Shown: piece by piece, positions 10,416 through 20,001 of the stretch
Layout: each line of letters starts with the position of its first letter
Position numbering within the stretch: the first letter of the stretch is position 1
Source: a virus
Reading direction: 5' to 3' (one strand)
Length of the DNA stretch: 64,000 nt
Virus record (IMG/VR): IMGVR_UViG_3300025132_008118
Made by a program: the position numbers and the translations under genes
The notes under the pieces: model-generated
Told to the model about the DNA's origin: nothing
The model's database searches: none
Seen by the model: only the letters and a program-made list of their open reading frames with translations

Positions 10416-11311
10416 AAATTATATTCAACTTTTATATTATAACATTTATTAAAATAATCAATATATATTTTTTGCAAATGGCGGTCGTTAAATAAAAGAT
10501 CATTATACGTATGATCTTTATAATTTACACCAGTGTATTGAAAAGTTTTGTTTTCAAAGTCAGGTGTAAATTTTGAAAAATGATTAAAAACAAAAGGTTG
10601 TTTTTTATCACCCCATATTACGTTTTTTTCACTTTCAAAAAAATCAAAATTTAGATATTTATAATGCCATGGAGCTCCATGTGATATATCTTTATCACCA
10701 ATATAAATTTGTTCCTGTGGTATAATACTAAATATACCTTCTAAAAACTTTTGATCGCCGCAAGTAGCTAAATGTTTAGGCATTTTTGTAAATACTGCGT
10801 CTCTCCACCATTTTAAAGCTTTTTTACCATTATCAGTATTTTTAAATACAACAACCCCAACATTAAACAATCCATCAACATTATTAGTAACAACATGTTT
10901 ATGTCTAAACATACAAACGTCCTTACCTTCCATATTATTTAGAATAATATTAAAATCTTGATAAAAATAAATATCAGAATCGATATACGATATATCGATT
11001 TGTTTTTCATTTAACAAATAATAAGAAAAGAATGATGCTAATGACCAAATAAAATCATTTCTATTTCCACCACCCAATTCAGGTTTTGTTTTATCTTTCA
11101 ATTCTAAAAAATCTTTATCTATCTTAACTAAATCGTCGATAAAATACGGTTCAATTTCTGGTAAGTTTAATTCTTTAATTTTGTTAAAAGATTTTTCACA
11201 CAAACAAAGATAATGTAATTTGAAATCACTAGTAGTCTCTTTTAACGATTTATATAATGTTAAACCGTAAAAAAGGTAATTAAAGTCCGATAATGTACAT
11301 ATATTAATCAT
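10412..11311 (-). CDS. GT-A glycosyltransferase
   Basis: ICTLSDFNY, YIDSDIYFY, FNVG..F, CGDQKFLE, GAPWH. Confidence 0.8.
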   Translation of the reverse strand: MINICTLSDFNYLFYGLTLYKSLKETTSDFKLHYLCLCEKSFNKIKELNLPEIEPYFIDDLVKIDKDFLELKDKTKPELGGGNRNDFIWSLASFFSYYLLNEKQIDISYIDSDIYFYQDFNIILNNMEGKDVCMFRHKHVVTNNVDGLFNVGVVVFKNTDNGKKALKWWRDAVFTKMPKHLATCGDQKFLEGIFSIIPQEQIYIGDKDISHGAPWHYKYLNFDFFESEKNVIWGDKKQPFVFNHFSKFTPDFENKTFQYTGVNYKDHTYNDLLFNDRHLQKIYIDYFNKCYNIKVEYNL

Positions 11312-12230
11312 AAAATTTTTCTTTTAATTTTTTATCGATAATTTTTTCAAGTTTATTAAATTTTGAATCTTCAACTATTTCATCTTTTTTATGTGAACTA
11401 TTATGCCAATGCCATGTAAAGGCAGATGTAAATAAATGGTCATTATTTTCCAATGGTTTCGAAAACCACTGCGCTTCAATAACATCACCAGCCCCGGGAT
11501 ATTTATAATTAATACCCCATTCGGTATTAAAATAAGCACATGGTAGAATATCAAATTTCATCTTATTTTTATACACTGAACCGAATAAACTTTTACCCCA
11601 ACATGTAGAATTTGAAACCATTGGTGAATTTTGAATTTCTTCTAAAAATAGTTGACCTAATTTACTTCCTTTTTTAAGATTCATTACCGTGCCACAGCAA
11701 CCTTGTTCTTCGAAATTCAAATCAGACCCCCATACATATAGAAACTCATCTTTTAATAAACAAGACATATCTCTTAAAAAGACTATATCCATATCGATCC
11801 AACAACCACCGTATTTATAACAGCATAATAATCTCAATAAATCGGAATTTAAGTAATAAAGGTTATCTCTTTGATTTATAAAACTCTTACCTTCTACAGG
11901 TGTATCTTTTGAAAGTTCAACTGGGTCATAAATTCTAAAATCTATATATTCTTTAAAAGGTTTGAGTAATTCATTATCAGTAACATCATAATCTGACCAT
12001 AAAATTAATTTATGTTTTTTATAATCTTGTGTTGCAAAATATGATTTAATGCATAATAGTTCTTTTCTATTCCTTATTTCAGAATAAATGTGAAAATTAT
12101 TACTTTCATTATTTTTAACATTTATATCTAAACCCTTCAAATGTTCTAAACATTTCTCATAATCATGATATAAATCCGGAGTATTTTCTATACTTATTTT
12201 CATTATTTGTTTGTATCTACTTTCTCCCAA
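11304..12230 (-). CDS. GT32 (DxD, capsular polysaccharide synthesis-like) glycosyltransferase
   Basis: SDLLRLLCCYKYGGCWIDMD motif. Confidence 0.85.
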   Translation of the reverse strand: MGESRYKQIMKISIENTPDLYHDYEKCLEHLKGLDINVKNNESNNFHIYSEIRNRKELLCIKSYFATQDYKKHKLILWSDYDVTDNELLKPFKEYIDFRIYDPVELSKDTPVEGKSFINQRDNLYYLNSDLLRLLCCYKYGGCWIDMDIVFLRDMSCLLKDEFLYVWGSDLNFEEQGCCGTVMNLKKGSKLGQLFLEEIQNSPMVSNSTCWGKSLFGSVYKNKMKFDILPCAYFNTEWGINYKYPGAGDVIEAQWFSKPLENNDHLFTSAFTWHWHNSSHKKDEIVEDSKFNKLEKIIDKKLKEKFYD

Positions 12231-12952
12231 TCAGGTTCAAGTTTTAAATATTCTGAAAGCTTTTTAACATCAGCTATTCTTTCATCGACTAATTCATACC
12301 ATAGTGCATCACTTTTTCTATCATGTTGATCACTTAACATTCTTTCAGCTACTTTATCTTTTGATCTTTGACCGAATACCCAATGGTTATGTTGTATATG
12401 TATATCTCTTCTATATTTAACTCTATCAAAAGCTTTAAAAGTTTGGTACATCCATTGATCTGACCAATTAATTAAAAACTCTCCTTTACACATATAACCT
12501 AAAATTTCTGTATATTTTTTATGAATAAATGCATTTACACTTATCTCGTCTTTATCTCTATAACCGTCATAACAGTGAACTAATTTAATTTTATCATTAG
12601 GTAAATTATCATCATTAAATTCATCTAATATTTTTTTATCCCAATTACGAGTTTTAAATACCATATCATCTCCAATATAACCAAAAATATTACCCTCAGC
12701 ATGCGGGTAAAGCATATTCCATATTTTGTTTATACCGATAAATTTTTTATCATTTTCGATAACTATAATTTTCACGAAGGGTATTGAATCGGAAATTTTA
12801 TGAACTATTTCTAGTGTAGGGTCATCTGCATCAATTCCAAAAATTAATTCAACATTATTGATATCATTAACTGATGTTATAATTGAACTAATTAAAGTTA
12901 ATTTTAAATTAAGTCTTTCTCGACTCGGTACTAATAAGCTTATTTTATTCAT
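12203..12952 (-). CDS. GT2-like glycosyltransferase
   Basis: SLLVPSRER, GIDADD, IGDDMVF, WSDQW. Confidence 0.8.
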   Translation of the reverse strand: MNKISLLVPSRERLNLKLTLISSIITSVNDINNVELIFGIDADDPTLEIVHKISDSIPFVKIIVIENDKKFIGINKIWNMLYPHAEGNIFGYIGDDMVFKTRNWDKKILDEFNDDNLPNDKIKLVHCYDGYRDKDEISVNAFIHKKYTEILGYMCKGEFLINWSDQWMYQTFKAFDRVKYRRDIHIQHNHWVFGQRSKDKVAERMLSDQHDRKSDALWYELVDERIADVKKLSEYLKLEPDWEKVDTNK

Positions 12953-13734
12953 TTTTTAAATTTTTTTAATATCTGTATTACTTCAGGTAAACTAGTATCG
13001 GGTACACAACCCTGCCAAGCTGGTAAATAACCGTGCTTATTTTTAAATATCTCAGCACTATCCATTATTTTTTGTTGCCAATTATCACCTCTTCTGATAG
13101 AAGAGTTTTCTTCACTACAAGCTTGTTCTTCAATATAGTCCAAACTATTAGCAATATCAGACCACCACCAATACGGGGTACTATACCCAGCCTTAGCTAA
13201 ACTATAAGAATGCTCTACATGTTCGAAATTATTTTTATCAAAATTTTCATCAAATAAGCCTACCTTTTTTAGGCACTCTTTAGTGTAAAAGCAAACTGCC
13301 CCTACGCAGTGTTGGTTTAATGCTAATTTGAAATCACCGTAGTCTATAATTTTTCGCGGTTTTGGATCCCCTTTACTAATATTACCTTTATTTGCTGGAC
13401 CATGGTAACCAAACATCATATGATGTATACCTGTCTTTTTATAAGCATCAATATAAGCTTTGAAAGCATTATCTTTAAACATCATATCATCTTCAACTAT
13501 AAAAATATAATCACACCCCGTTTTTAGTAAATGTTTAAATAATTTATTTTTACTTTTACATACACCAATGTTTTTATCATTATTAATTATGTTATAACCA
13601 GCATTTTGTAAAGATACTTTACCATCATTTACTATTATTAATTCATCATACCATTCTTTATTAATACTTTTTAAACATTTTTCTAAAAAATTATTCCTAT
13701 TACATGTAACAATACCTATTCCTATCTTTGACAT
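12949..13734 (-). CDS. GT2 family glycosyltransferase (start reassigned to MSKIG at 13734)
   Basis: IGIVTCNR, IVNDG, FIVEDD, EHVEH; promoter-like boxes sit just upstream of 13734 and the upstream extension overlaps the opposite-strand gene. Confidence 0.85.
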   Translation of the reverse strand: MSKIGIGIVTCNRNNFLEKCLKSINKEWYDELIIVNDGKVSLQNAGYNIINNDKNIGVCKSKNKLFKHLLKTGCDYIFIVEDDMMFKDNAFKAYIDAYKKTGIHHMMFGYHGPANKGNISKGDPKPRKIIDYGDFKLALNQHCVGAVCFYTKECLKKVGLFDENFDKNNFEHVEHSYSLAKAGYSTPYWWWSDIANSLDYIEEQACSEENSSIRRGDNWQQKIMDSAEIFKNKHGYLPAWQGCVPDTSLPEVIQILKKFKK

Positions 13735-13762
13735 TATATATATTTTATAATAAATAATTAAT

Positions 13763-14134
13763 ATGTCAACCGAAATAAGTATTAAACAAATACCAGCAGT
13801 AACAGAAATTAATAATAATGATTTATTACTGGTCCAAACCACCAATTCAACTAATTCGTTAAAATTTGAAAACTTTGTTGTGGGTTTGGAAAATACTACA
13901 TTTGCACCGGTTATTAGTGCTAATTCGACAAATATTGGTTATGTTAGTTCAGTAATAGATGAAACGTTTTTCGAAGCTCCTACAATATCTAATGGACCTA
14001 ATCTACTAACTGACGACACAACTAGTATCGCAAATTCTGCTCGTCCTACTTCTATGATACCGATAAATATAACATCAGGGGGAGAAAAAAGAACCTATTA
14101 CTTCTTATTATCAGGAGGTGACCCTGTTACGTAG
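13763..14134 (+). CDS. Hypothetical protein, probable virion structural protein
   Basis: SIKQIPAVTEINNNDLLLV resembles tail/baseplate-associated N-termini; TAAATA box upstream. Confidence 0.45.
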   Translation: MSTEISIKQIPAVTEINNNDLLLVQTTNSTNSLKFENFVVGLENTTFAPVISANSTNIGYVSSVIDETFFEAPTISNGPNLLTDDTTSIANSARPTSMIPINITSGGEKRTYYFLLSGGDPVT

Positions 14135-14888
14135 TTAAATCGTCAAGCTTTTTAATTTTTTCTAATTGCTCTTTAAACTCATCTTCATCCTTTTTAGATA
14201 AACCTTGAGATTCTAATAACTTCTCCATTATATCTAGATTTTCAGGATTAAAGATTTCTGAACCACCGCCATCACCACCAATAATATCACCTTCTGCATC
14301 GATATATAGTTTAATCATTTGCATACGTTCTTGTTTATTACCAAATACTTCAATTAATGCTGGTGAATCATCTCTAGGGAAGAATGGATTATCCTGAGGA
14401 TTTTCATGATAATGTCTCTGTAGTACTTTAAAAAAGCTATCAATTTCCTTAATGTATTTTTCATCAACTTCTCTAACACCGTTATCTTCTACTTTAATAC
14501 CATTAAATTTAGTCATTGGTATAAAGAATATAATATCTAAATTAGTTAAAGCCTCTCTAACAATTGGAATACACTCATCAACAAAATCTTCATCAACATC
14601 ACTATCTTCCTGACTCATTGCCCACATAGAATATACTAAGTTATCTAGAGGGCATCTATCAAAAATAACTTTATCCCCTTTCCTAAATTCTTTTAAGGTT
14701 TCAACCATATAATCAAGGATAGCTTTTTGAGATTCTTTAGTGGTTTGTTTGCTATGAGGTAAACCTTTTTCATTCAAAACATCTCTATATGTCTTTACTT
14801 CTCGACCATACATATCCCACTCATTTAAAAAGTCTTGTATTAACGTACTTTTACCAACATTTGCTGTACCACAGATTGCAATTCTCAT
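14127..14888 (-). CDS. P-loop NTPase/nucleotide kinase-like (AAA_28/NadR-type)
   Basis: IAICGTANVGKSTL Walker A, IFDRCPLDNLVY. Confidence 0.75.
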   Translation of the reverse strand: MRIAICGTANVGKSTLIQDFLNEWDMYGREVKTYRDVLNEKGLPHSKQTTKESQKAILDYMVETLKEFRKGDKVIFDRCPLDNLVYSMWAMSQEDSDVDEDFVDECIPIVREALTNLDIIFFIPMTKFNGIKVEDNGVREVDEKYIKEIDSFFKVLQRHYHENPQDNPFFPRDDSPALIEVFGNKQERMQMIKLYIDAEGDIIGGDGGGSEIFNPENLDIMEKLLESQGLSKKDEDEFKEQLEKIKKLDDLTT

Positions 14889-14946
14889 ATACTATTATTT
14901 TATAATAAAAATTTGATATATCAAGTCTATATACTATAATTAATAT
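14889..14946. promoter_or_regulatory. Divergent sigma70-like promoters sharing palindrome TTGATATATCAA
   Basis: Plus: TTGATA-N16-TATAAT-N6-ATG(14947). Minus: TTGATA-N16-TAAAAT-N8-ATG(14888). Confidence 0.6.
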
Positions 14947-15654
14947 ATGATTACGTTTGATGAAAAGTCTCATACTTATAAATGTAGTAAAACTGGTAGA
15001 GAATTAATATCAGCAACTACTCTAATAGGTAAGTATAAGAAGCCATTTGATAAAATGGAAAATGCAACTCGAGTAGCCAATAGAGAAGGCTTAGATGTAG
15101 AGTTTGTATTAGATATGTGGGAAAAGGAAAAGAATAGAGCTTGTGATTATGGTACCAATATTCATAAAGTTATGGAAGACTATTTAACTGAAGGGGTTCA
15201 AGAGGAAGAGCATGAATCTTTATATTCTTCGTTTAATAAGTGGAAGCATATCTTTAAGAAGTTTCCCACTTTATTATGTGAAGAGAAATTACATGATTTA
15301 GATAATTTTATTGCAGGTACAGCAGATTTAATTTATGAAAACAAGACCCATTTTATGGTTGGAGATTTTAAAACTAATAAAGCGTTTAATTTCTTCTCCC
15401 CTTATAATGAGTTTATGCTTAAACCAATGGATCATTTAAGTGCATGTGAGTTTAATACATACGGTTTACAATTATCGTTATACGCTTACTTACATGAAAA
15501 GAGTTCAGGTAAAAAATGCACAGGGTGTGTTATTTTTTATAAGGATAAAGAAAATAAGTTTTATCCAATCAGGGTTAACTATATGAAGAATGAAATTATT
15601 GCATTAATTGAAGATTACAATAATCCCAATTCACTATCTTCAAAAATTGCTTAA
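14947..15654 (+). CDS. PD-(D/E)XK (Cas4-like) exonuclease
   Basis: GTNIH, IAGTADLI, VGDFKT, YGLQLSLYA. Confidence 0.85.
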   Translation: MITFDEKSHTYKCSKTGRELISATTLIGKYKKPFDKMENATRVANREGLDVEFVLDMWEKEKNRACDYGTNIHKVMEDYLTEGVQEEEHESLYSSFNKWKHIFKKFPTLLCEEKLHDLDNFIAGTADLIYENKTHFMVGDFKTNKAFNFFSPYNEFMLKPMDHLSACEFNTYGLQLSLYAYLHEKSSGKKCTGCVIFYKDKENKFYPIRVNYMKNEIIALIEDYNNPNSLSSKIA

Positions 15655-16219
15655 TATATTTTTCTCTATTAGGTCCATATTTTTTATAATAAGCATGCTC
15701 CCAAACATCTATACCAAGTAGTATAGTTACGTCTGAATCCATTAAAGGGTTATCTTGGTTATTAGTAGGTATTAATTCTAATTTATTACCTTTCTTAACT
15801 AACCATAACCAACCAGAGCCAAAATGAGCTAAAGCTTCTTCAACAAATTTAGCTTTAAAATTATCTACACTCTTATATTGCTTTTCTATTAACTCTTTAA
15901 TAGGTCCTGAAATTGTTTTCCTATCTGGTGACATCATATTCCAGAATAACTGGTGATTATAGGCACCCCCTGCATTATTACGAATTGCATCTTTTTTAGA
16001 TTTTGCTTTTTTTACTATTGATAGTAAATCTTGCTTATTAGTAGCTGGTAATGCTGCATTTAATTTTTTAACATAACCTTTATAATGTTTATTAAAATGC
16101 AAGTTCATTGTTTCAGCATCTATACTAGGCTCTAAAGCATCTAAAGCATAAGGAAGTTTGATAGCTTTTATACCACCTACTTCTTCTAAAATTAAATCTG
16201 CTAATTTGTTATAATTCAT
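15596..16219 (-). CDS. sod: Fe/Mn superoxide dismutase
   Basis: LPYALDALEP, LHFNKHYKGY, NNAGGAYNH, FGSGWLWL, DVWEHAYY. Confidence 0.95.
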   Translation of the reverse strand: MNYNKLADLILEEVGGIKAIKLPYALDALEPSIDAETMNLHFNKHYKGYVKKLNAALPATNKQDLLSIVKKAKSKKDAIRNNAGGAYNHQLFWNMMSPDRKTISGPIKELIEKQYKSVDNFKAKFVEEALAHFGSGWLWLVKKGNKLELIPTNNQDNPLMDSDVTILLGIDVWEHAYYKKYGPNREKYIKQFLKIVNWDYCNLQLMQ

Positions 16220-16413
16220 TTTTTACCACCTTTCATATTTGCACACCAATGATACATTTTACCCTTCTCTCCACCATATTTTTTAGCTTTACGTCTTAAT
16301 TCGGTAACTGAACCTTTACAACTAGCTCCAGATTTTTTTACCCTACCTGGTCTACTTTTACCTTTTACCTTTTTATCAGCATAGTTTTCAAAATATGTAA
16401 TAAAATTAATCAT
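16216..16413 (-). CDS. Small basic phage protein, probable internal virion protein
   Basis: 65 aa, K/R-rich, N-terminus MINFITYFE, upstream TAAATA. Confidence 0.55.
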   Translation of the reverse strand: MINFITYFENYADKKVKGKSRPGRVKKSGASCKGSVTELRRKAKKYGGEKGKMYHWCANMKGGKK

Positions 16414-16432
16414 TTAAATATATTTAGTTCAA

Positions 16433-17077
16433 TTAAGTTATGATAATTTGACCCCAATTTCTACCTTGTCCGTTGGAGCTATCACTACTATCATTATAAT
16501 AATATGTTCCAGATGCTACTGGAGTAAAGAATATAGGACCTAATGTAGATGAGTTATTTACAACCCCTTGAGCTAAATCTGAAGTACCAACACCTGATAC
16601 ATTTCTAATCGTAAACGGTCGACCTTCTTCTCGAGGATCAAAGCTATTAATACCTAGATTTTCAAATCTAATAGTATCGCCCATATTAAAGTTTAATGTT
16701 CTATTTGAACCATAACTATCAGCTGGAGATAATGCACCATTTCTATCAACAGCATTTGAACCATTAGTTGAAAACTTCCATGCGGTAGCCCAACCTGTAC
16801 CGGCATTTCCAGTTATAAATGATGCACTAATTGCAAATGTTTCAGTGGGAGTCCCACCACCACTACTACTACTATCACTACTATCACTATCACCTGGTGT
16901 AAAGATAGCGCCTTTAATTTTAAACGATTTATATTGTGTATTACTGTTTGTATTAATAGATATTTCTTTATTTAAATCATCCCTATTTTTAAAATTACTT
17001 GGTTTGGAATTCGATATGGACTGATCACGCATCAAATTATTTTTAGTTATCGCTATGTATTTTTTTCTATTAATCAT
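16433..17077 (-). CDS. Hypothetical Ser/Gly/Thr-rich protein, probable virion surface protein
   Basis: SDSSDSSSSGGG linker followed by beta-rich domain (GDTIRF...PFTI...GTYYY, cupredoxin-like spacing). Confidence 0.45.
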   Translation of the reverse strand: MINRKKYIAITKNNLMRDQSISNSKPSNFKNRDDLNKEISINTNSNTQYKSFKIKGAIFTPGDSDSSDSSSSGGGTPTETFAISASFITGNAGTGWATAWKFSTNGSNAVDRNGALSPADSYGSNRTLNFNMGDTIRFENLGINSFDPREEGRPFTIRNVSGVGTSDLAQGVVNNSSTLGPIFFTPVASGTYYYNDSSDSSNGQGRNWGQIIIT

Positions 17078-17432
17078 TTTCTTGTATTCTTTGGGTTTTC
17101 TTTTTACTAGCCTCTTTTTTCTTTTTAATATAATTAAAAGCAGCTCTTAAACTCTTTTTCTTTTTAGGGTCTTTAGTTCTACTAACTGCAGCTCTAACTC
17201 TTTGATGGATTAAATTAATAATTTGTGATTGTCTTTTATGAGGTTTTGACTTAAATGTAGATTTATTTAAAGTATCCCTTATATCAGCTACTGAACTAAA
17301 TTTAACGCTTACTGTATCTTTAGGGTTTTCATCAGTATATAATCTTCTACCGGAACCTTTAGGTTTTTTACCTGTACCTTTCTTTGGATCAGCTTCTAAT
17401 AATATTTTTTCTACTAAAGTGTTAAACTTCAC
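17070..17432 (-). CDS. Basic phage protein (GTG start)
   Basis: GTGKKPKGSGRRLYTDENP; TAAATA-N5-GTG; N-terminus MKFNTLVEKILLE. Confidence 0.55.
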   Translation of the reverse strand: MKFNTLVEKILLEADPKKGTGKKPKGSGRRLYTDENPKDTVSVKFSSVADIRDTLNKSTFKSKPHKRQSQIINLIHQRVRAAVSRTKDPKKKKSLRAAFNYIKKKKEASKKKTQRIQEND

Positions 17433-17469
17433 CTAAATATTTATTATAGAAAGATAAAATAAAAATGTT

Positions 17470-17952
17470 ATGTTTGGACTTGTTACAATGCTACTTACAA
17501 CACTCGGTGCAACGGGTATGGGATCAATGCTTAAAATCGTCGGCGGTCTTTTTGCTGGTATATCAGATGCTAAAGAAGCAAAACATAAAAGAGAGCTTAT
17601 TAGAGATATGCAGCTTCAAAAAGCTGATCTTGAATTTCAAAAAGCCGTCTTCGGTGACATGGATAAAGACACATCTGCTTTTACCAGGGGTACTCGCAGG
17701 CTCATTGCTCTTATCGGGATGTGTAACTTTTTCGTCATCTCAGTCCTCTGTACCCTCTGGCCAGGAGTCGAACTTATTACCTTCACCCCTCCAGAAAACA
17801 AAGAGTCAATCAAGCTCATCTGGGGATTGGTTACTTTCCCCTCAGGAGCAGACATTACCACCGCAATTACAACGGGGCACATTGCTTTGGTATCAATCGC
17901 CACTTTGGGAGCGATAATTGGTTTCTACTTTACCCCGGGTGGTAAAAGATAA
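17470..17952 (+). CDS. Membrane protein, possibly holin-like
   Basis: Hydrophobic segments at N-terminus, centre and C-terminus; basic C-terminal GGKR. Confidence 0.5.
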   Translation: MFGLVTMLLTTLGATGMGSMLKIVGGLFAGISDAKEAKHKRELIRDMQLQKADLEFQKAVFGDMDKDTSAFTRGTRRLIALIGMCNFFVISVLCTLWPGVELITFTPPENKESIKLIWGLVTFPSGADITTAITTGHIALVSIATLGAIIGFYFTPGGKR

Positions 17953-20001
17953 TTATTTAGAAGTTGCTCTATAAACTTGATCCCAATCTTCTCCTGGATC
18001 ATTTTCTTTTAGATCTGCTATACGATCGATCATCATATTATAGTAGAATTCTAACTCTGCATTTTCTTTTATTAAAGTAGTTAGTATACTTTCTGCTTTT
18101 ACCCAGTCTCGTTTTTTGTAATGCTTTAAGAATGTATCATGCAATAAATAGTTAAATTGGTCAGTTAATACCGTGTAAACTGTTATACCTTCTTTCTTAC
18201 CTTTAACAGCAATTTTATCTAATTCTATGAATTTAAATTTATTTCGAATATGTTTGATAGTTTCTTCACCTAATAGAATACCTACACCGTATGACTTAGT
18301 TTGTCCTTCAAGTCTTGCAGCTAAATTAACTCCATCTCCTAAACATGTATAATCGAATCTTTGATCAGAACCCATATTACCTACAACAACTCTACCAGTA
18401 TTAATACCAATACCTATTGCCAACGGTTTCTTACCTTCTTCAATTAACTGTATATTAAGATTATTTAATTCTAATTGCATTTTTATTGCAACTTCAATTG
18501 CTTTAACACGGTGAGATAATTGATCTTCAGGTAAAGGTGCATTCCAAAATGCCATTAATGCGTCACCGATATATTTGTCAATTGTACCTCCTGATTCCAT
18601 TACTATACGAGTCATTGGGGTTAGATATCGATTAATAAGATAAGTTAAACCTTGAGGGTTATCTTTAAACTGCTCACTAATAGTAGTAAAGCCTCTAATA
18701 TCAGAAAATAATATAGTTAAGTCTTGCGTATCACCTCCAAGTTTTAACATATTAGGGTTCTTTTGAAGTTTTTTAACTATTTCAGGAGCTAGGTAATGCT
18801 CAAATTGTTTTTTAATTAACATTTTACCTTTATATTCATGTATAAATCTGAAGAATATAGCTAATGTAAATACTATAAAAATACTATAAACAGGGTATGT
18901 AAAATCGTATAATAAATTATGATTACTGAATAACCAAAAACCATATATAGGTAAAGTAATTATCACTACACTTATCAGTAAACTGTTTATAACCCATAGA
19001 AACCTAAGCGCACATAGCGTCAACAGTAAGCTCAGTGCTATAGTAAATAGTATTTCATATAAGGTAGCTTCAACTGGTCTTACTAATATATTTTCATTAG
19101 CTAAAGTTTCGACAACTTGTAAATTTAATTCATGACCATTACTAACCTTTATCGGCGTTGCTACTGAATTAGATAAACCTTCTGCTGTTAATGCAATTAC
19201 TGCTATGGTGTCCTTTACAGATGACCAATCTTCATTAGTTAATGAAATTTTATTAAACTCGGTATCATAGTTAATCCATACCCTGGCATTTTCATCAGTT
19301 TCAAAAGTACCAACATTCCTCAATCTAATAGCACTTACACCTGCATGGTCGACTTTAACTTGGTAAGATCTATCATCTACTAAAGTTCTTAAAATTTCTA
19401 ATGGTAAAGTTGGGTAAACTTCATCTTTAACTTGTATCATTAAAGGCATTCTACGTACAACACCATCAAGCTCAGGGGCAGTAACAGTCATACCTACTCC
19501 TTTTGAAAACATACCAACACTTTCAATAGGGCCTATACCATTAGGATAATCAAATAACCAATCATTTAACCTTACCGACCCTATTGTTGTTATATTCTGT
19601 TTAACTAATTCCCCCTTACCTTGTAAAGCTGCTGATTGAGTAGTAACTACAGGATAATGATATAAAATATCGGTAAAAGTTTTATCTCCTCCTAATCTAT
19701 CTTCTTCTGCAAATAAAATAGGTAAAACGACTAAACCTGCACCGTGGTAGTATGCTTTTTCTATATAATGTGATAATACATCTCTTTTCCAAGGCCATTG
19801 TCCATATTTTTCTAAACTAGCTTCATCTATTTCTATAATAGTAAATAAATCCGACGTTTTAGTATTTTGTGTTTTTTGGTAGTAATCTAAACCTTTTAAT
19901 CTTAAGATTTCTACCGGATACGGGTCATATATTCTTAATACTGAAAATAAAACTGCAGCTATAGTACAATATATAAATGGTTTGAATTTTTTAAGTTTCA
20001 T
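17953..20001 (-). CDS. CHASE2-domain class III adenylate cyclase
   Basis: N-terminal TM, CHASE2 (IIEIDEASLEKYGQWPWKR, DGVVRRMP), 3-4 TMs, catalytic LFSDIRGFT, IDKYIGDA, YTCLGDGVNLAARLEG. Confidence 0.95.
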   Translation of the reverse strand: MKLKKFKPFIYCTIAAVLFSVLRIYDPYPVEILRLKGLDYYQKTQNTKTSDLFTIIEIDEASLEKYGQWPWKRDVLSHYIEKAYYHGAGLVVLPILFAEEDRLGGDKTFTDILYHYPVVTTQSAALQGKGELVKQNITTIGSVRLNDWLFDYPNGIGPIESVGMFSKGVGMTVTAPELDGVVRRMPLMIQVKDEVYPTLPLEILRTLVDDRSYQVKVDHAGVSAIRLRNVGTFETDENARVWINYDTEFNKISLTNEDWSSVKDTIAVIALTAEGLSNSVATPIKVSNGHELNLQVVETLANENILVRPVEATLYEILFTIALSLLLTLCALRFLWVINSLLISVVIITLPIYGFWLFSNHNLLYDFTYPVYSIFIVFTLAIFFRFIHEYKGKMLIKKQFEHYLAPEIVKKLQKNPNMLKLGGDTQDLTILFSDIRGFTTISEQFKDNPQGLTYLINRYLTPMTRIVMESGGTIDKYIGDALMAFWNAPLPEDQLSHRVKAIEVAIKMQLELNNLNIQLIEEGKKPLAIGIGINTGRVVVGNMGSDQRFDYTCLGDGVNLAARLEGQTKSYGVGILLGEETIKHIRNKFKFIELDKIAVKGKKEGITVYTVLTDQFNYLLHDTFLKHYKKRDWVKAESILTTLIKENAELEFYYNMMIDRIADLKENDPGEDWDQVYRATSK

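Noticed and set aside
14947-15654. Cas4 as part of a CRISPR-Cas system
   Set aside because: No other cas genes or array; it is a standalone PD-(D/E)XK exonuclease common in T4-like phages.
16850-16895. CTACTA/CTATCA microrepeats
   Set aside because: They simply encode the SDSSDSSSSGGG linker within a coding region.
17465-17917. 150 aa plus-strand ORF in an alternate frame, and the 88 aa minus-strand ORF at 17637..17903
   Set aside because: Both overlap the better-supported membrane gene 17470..17952; likely shadows produced by the higher GC content.
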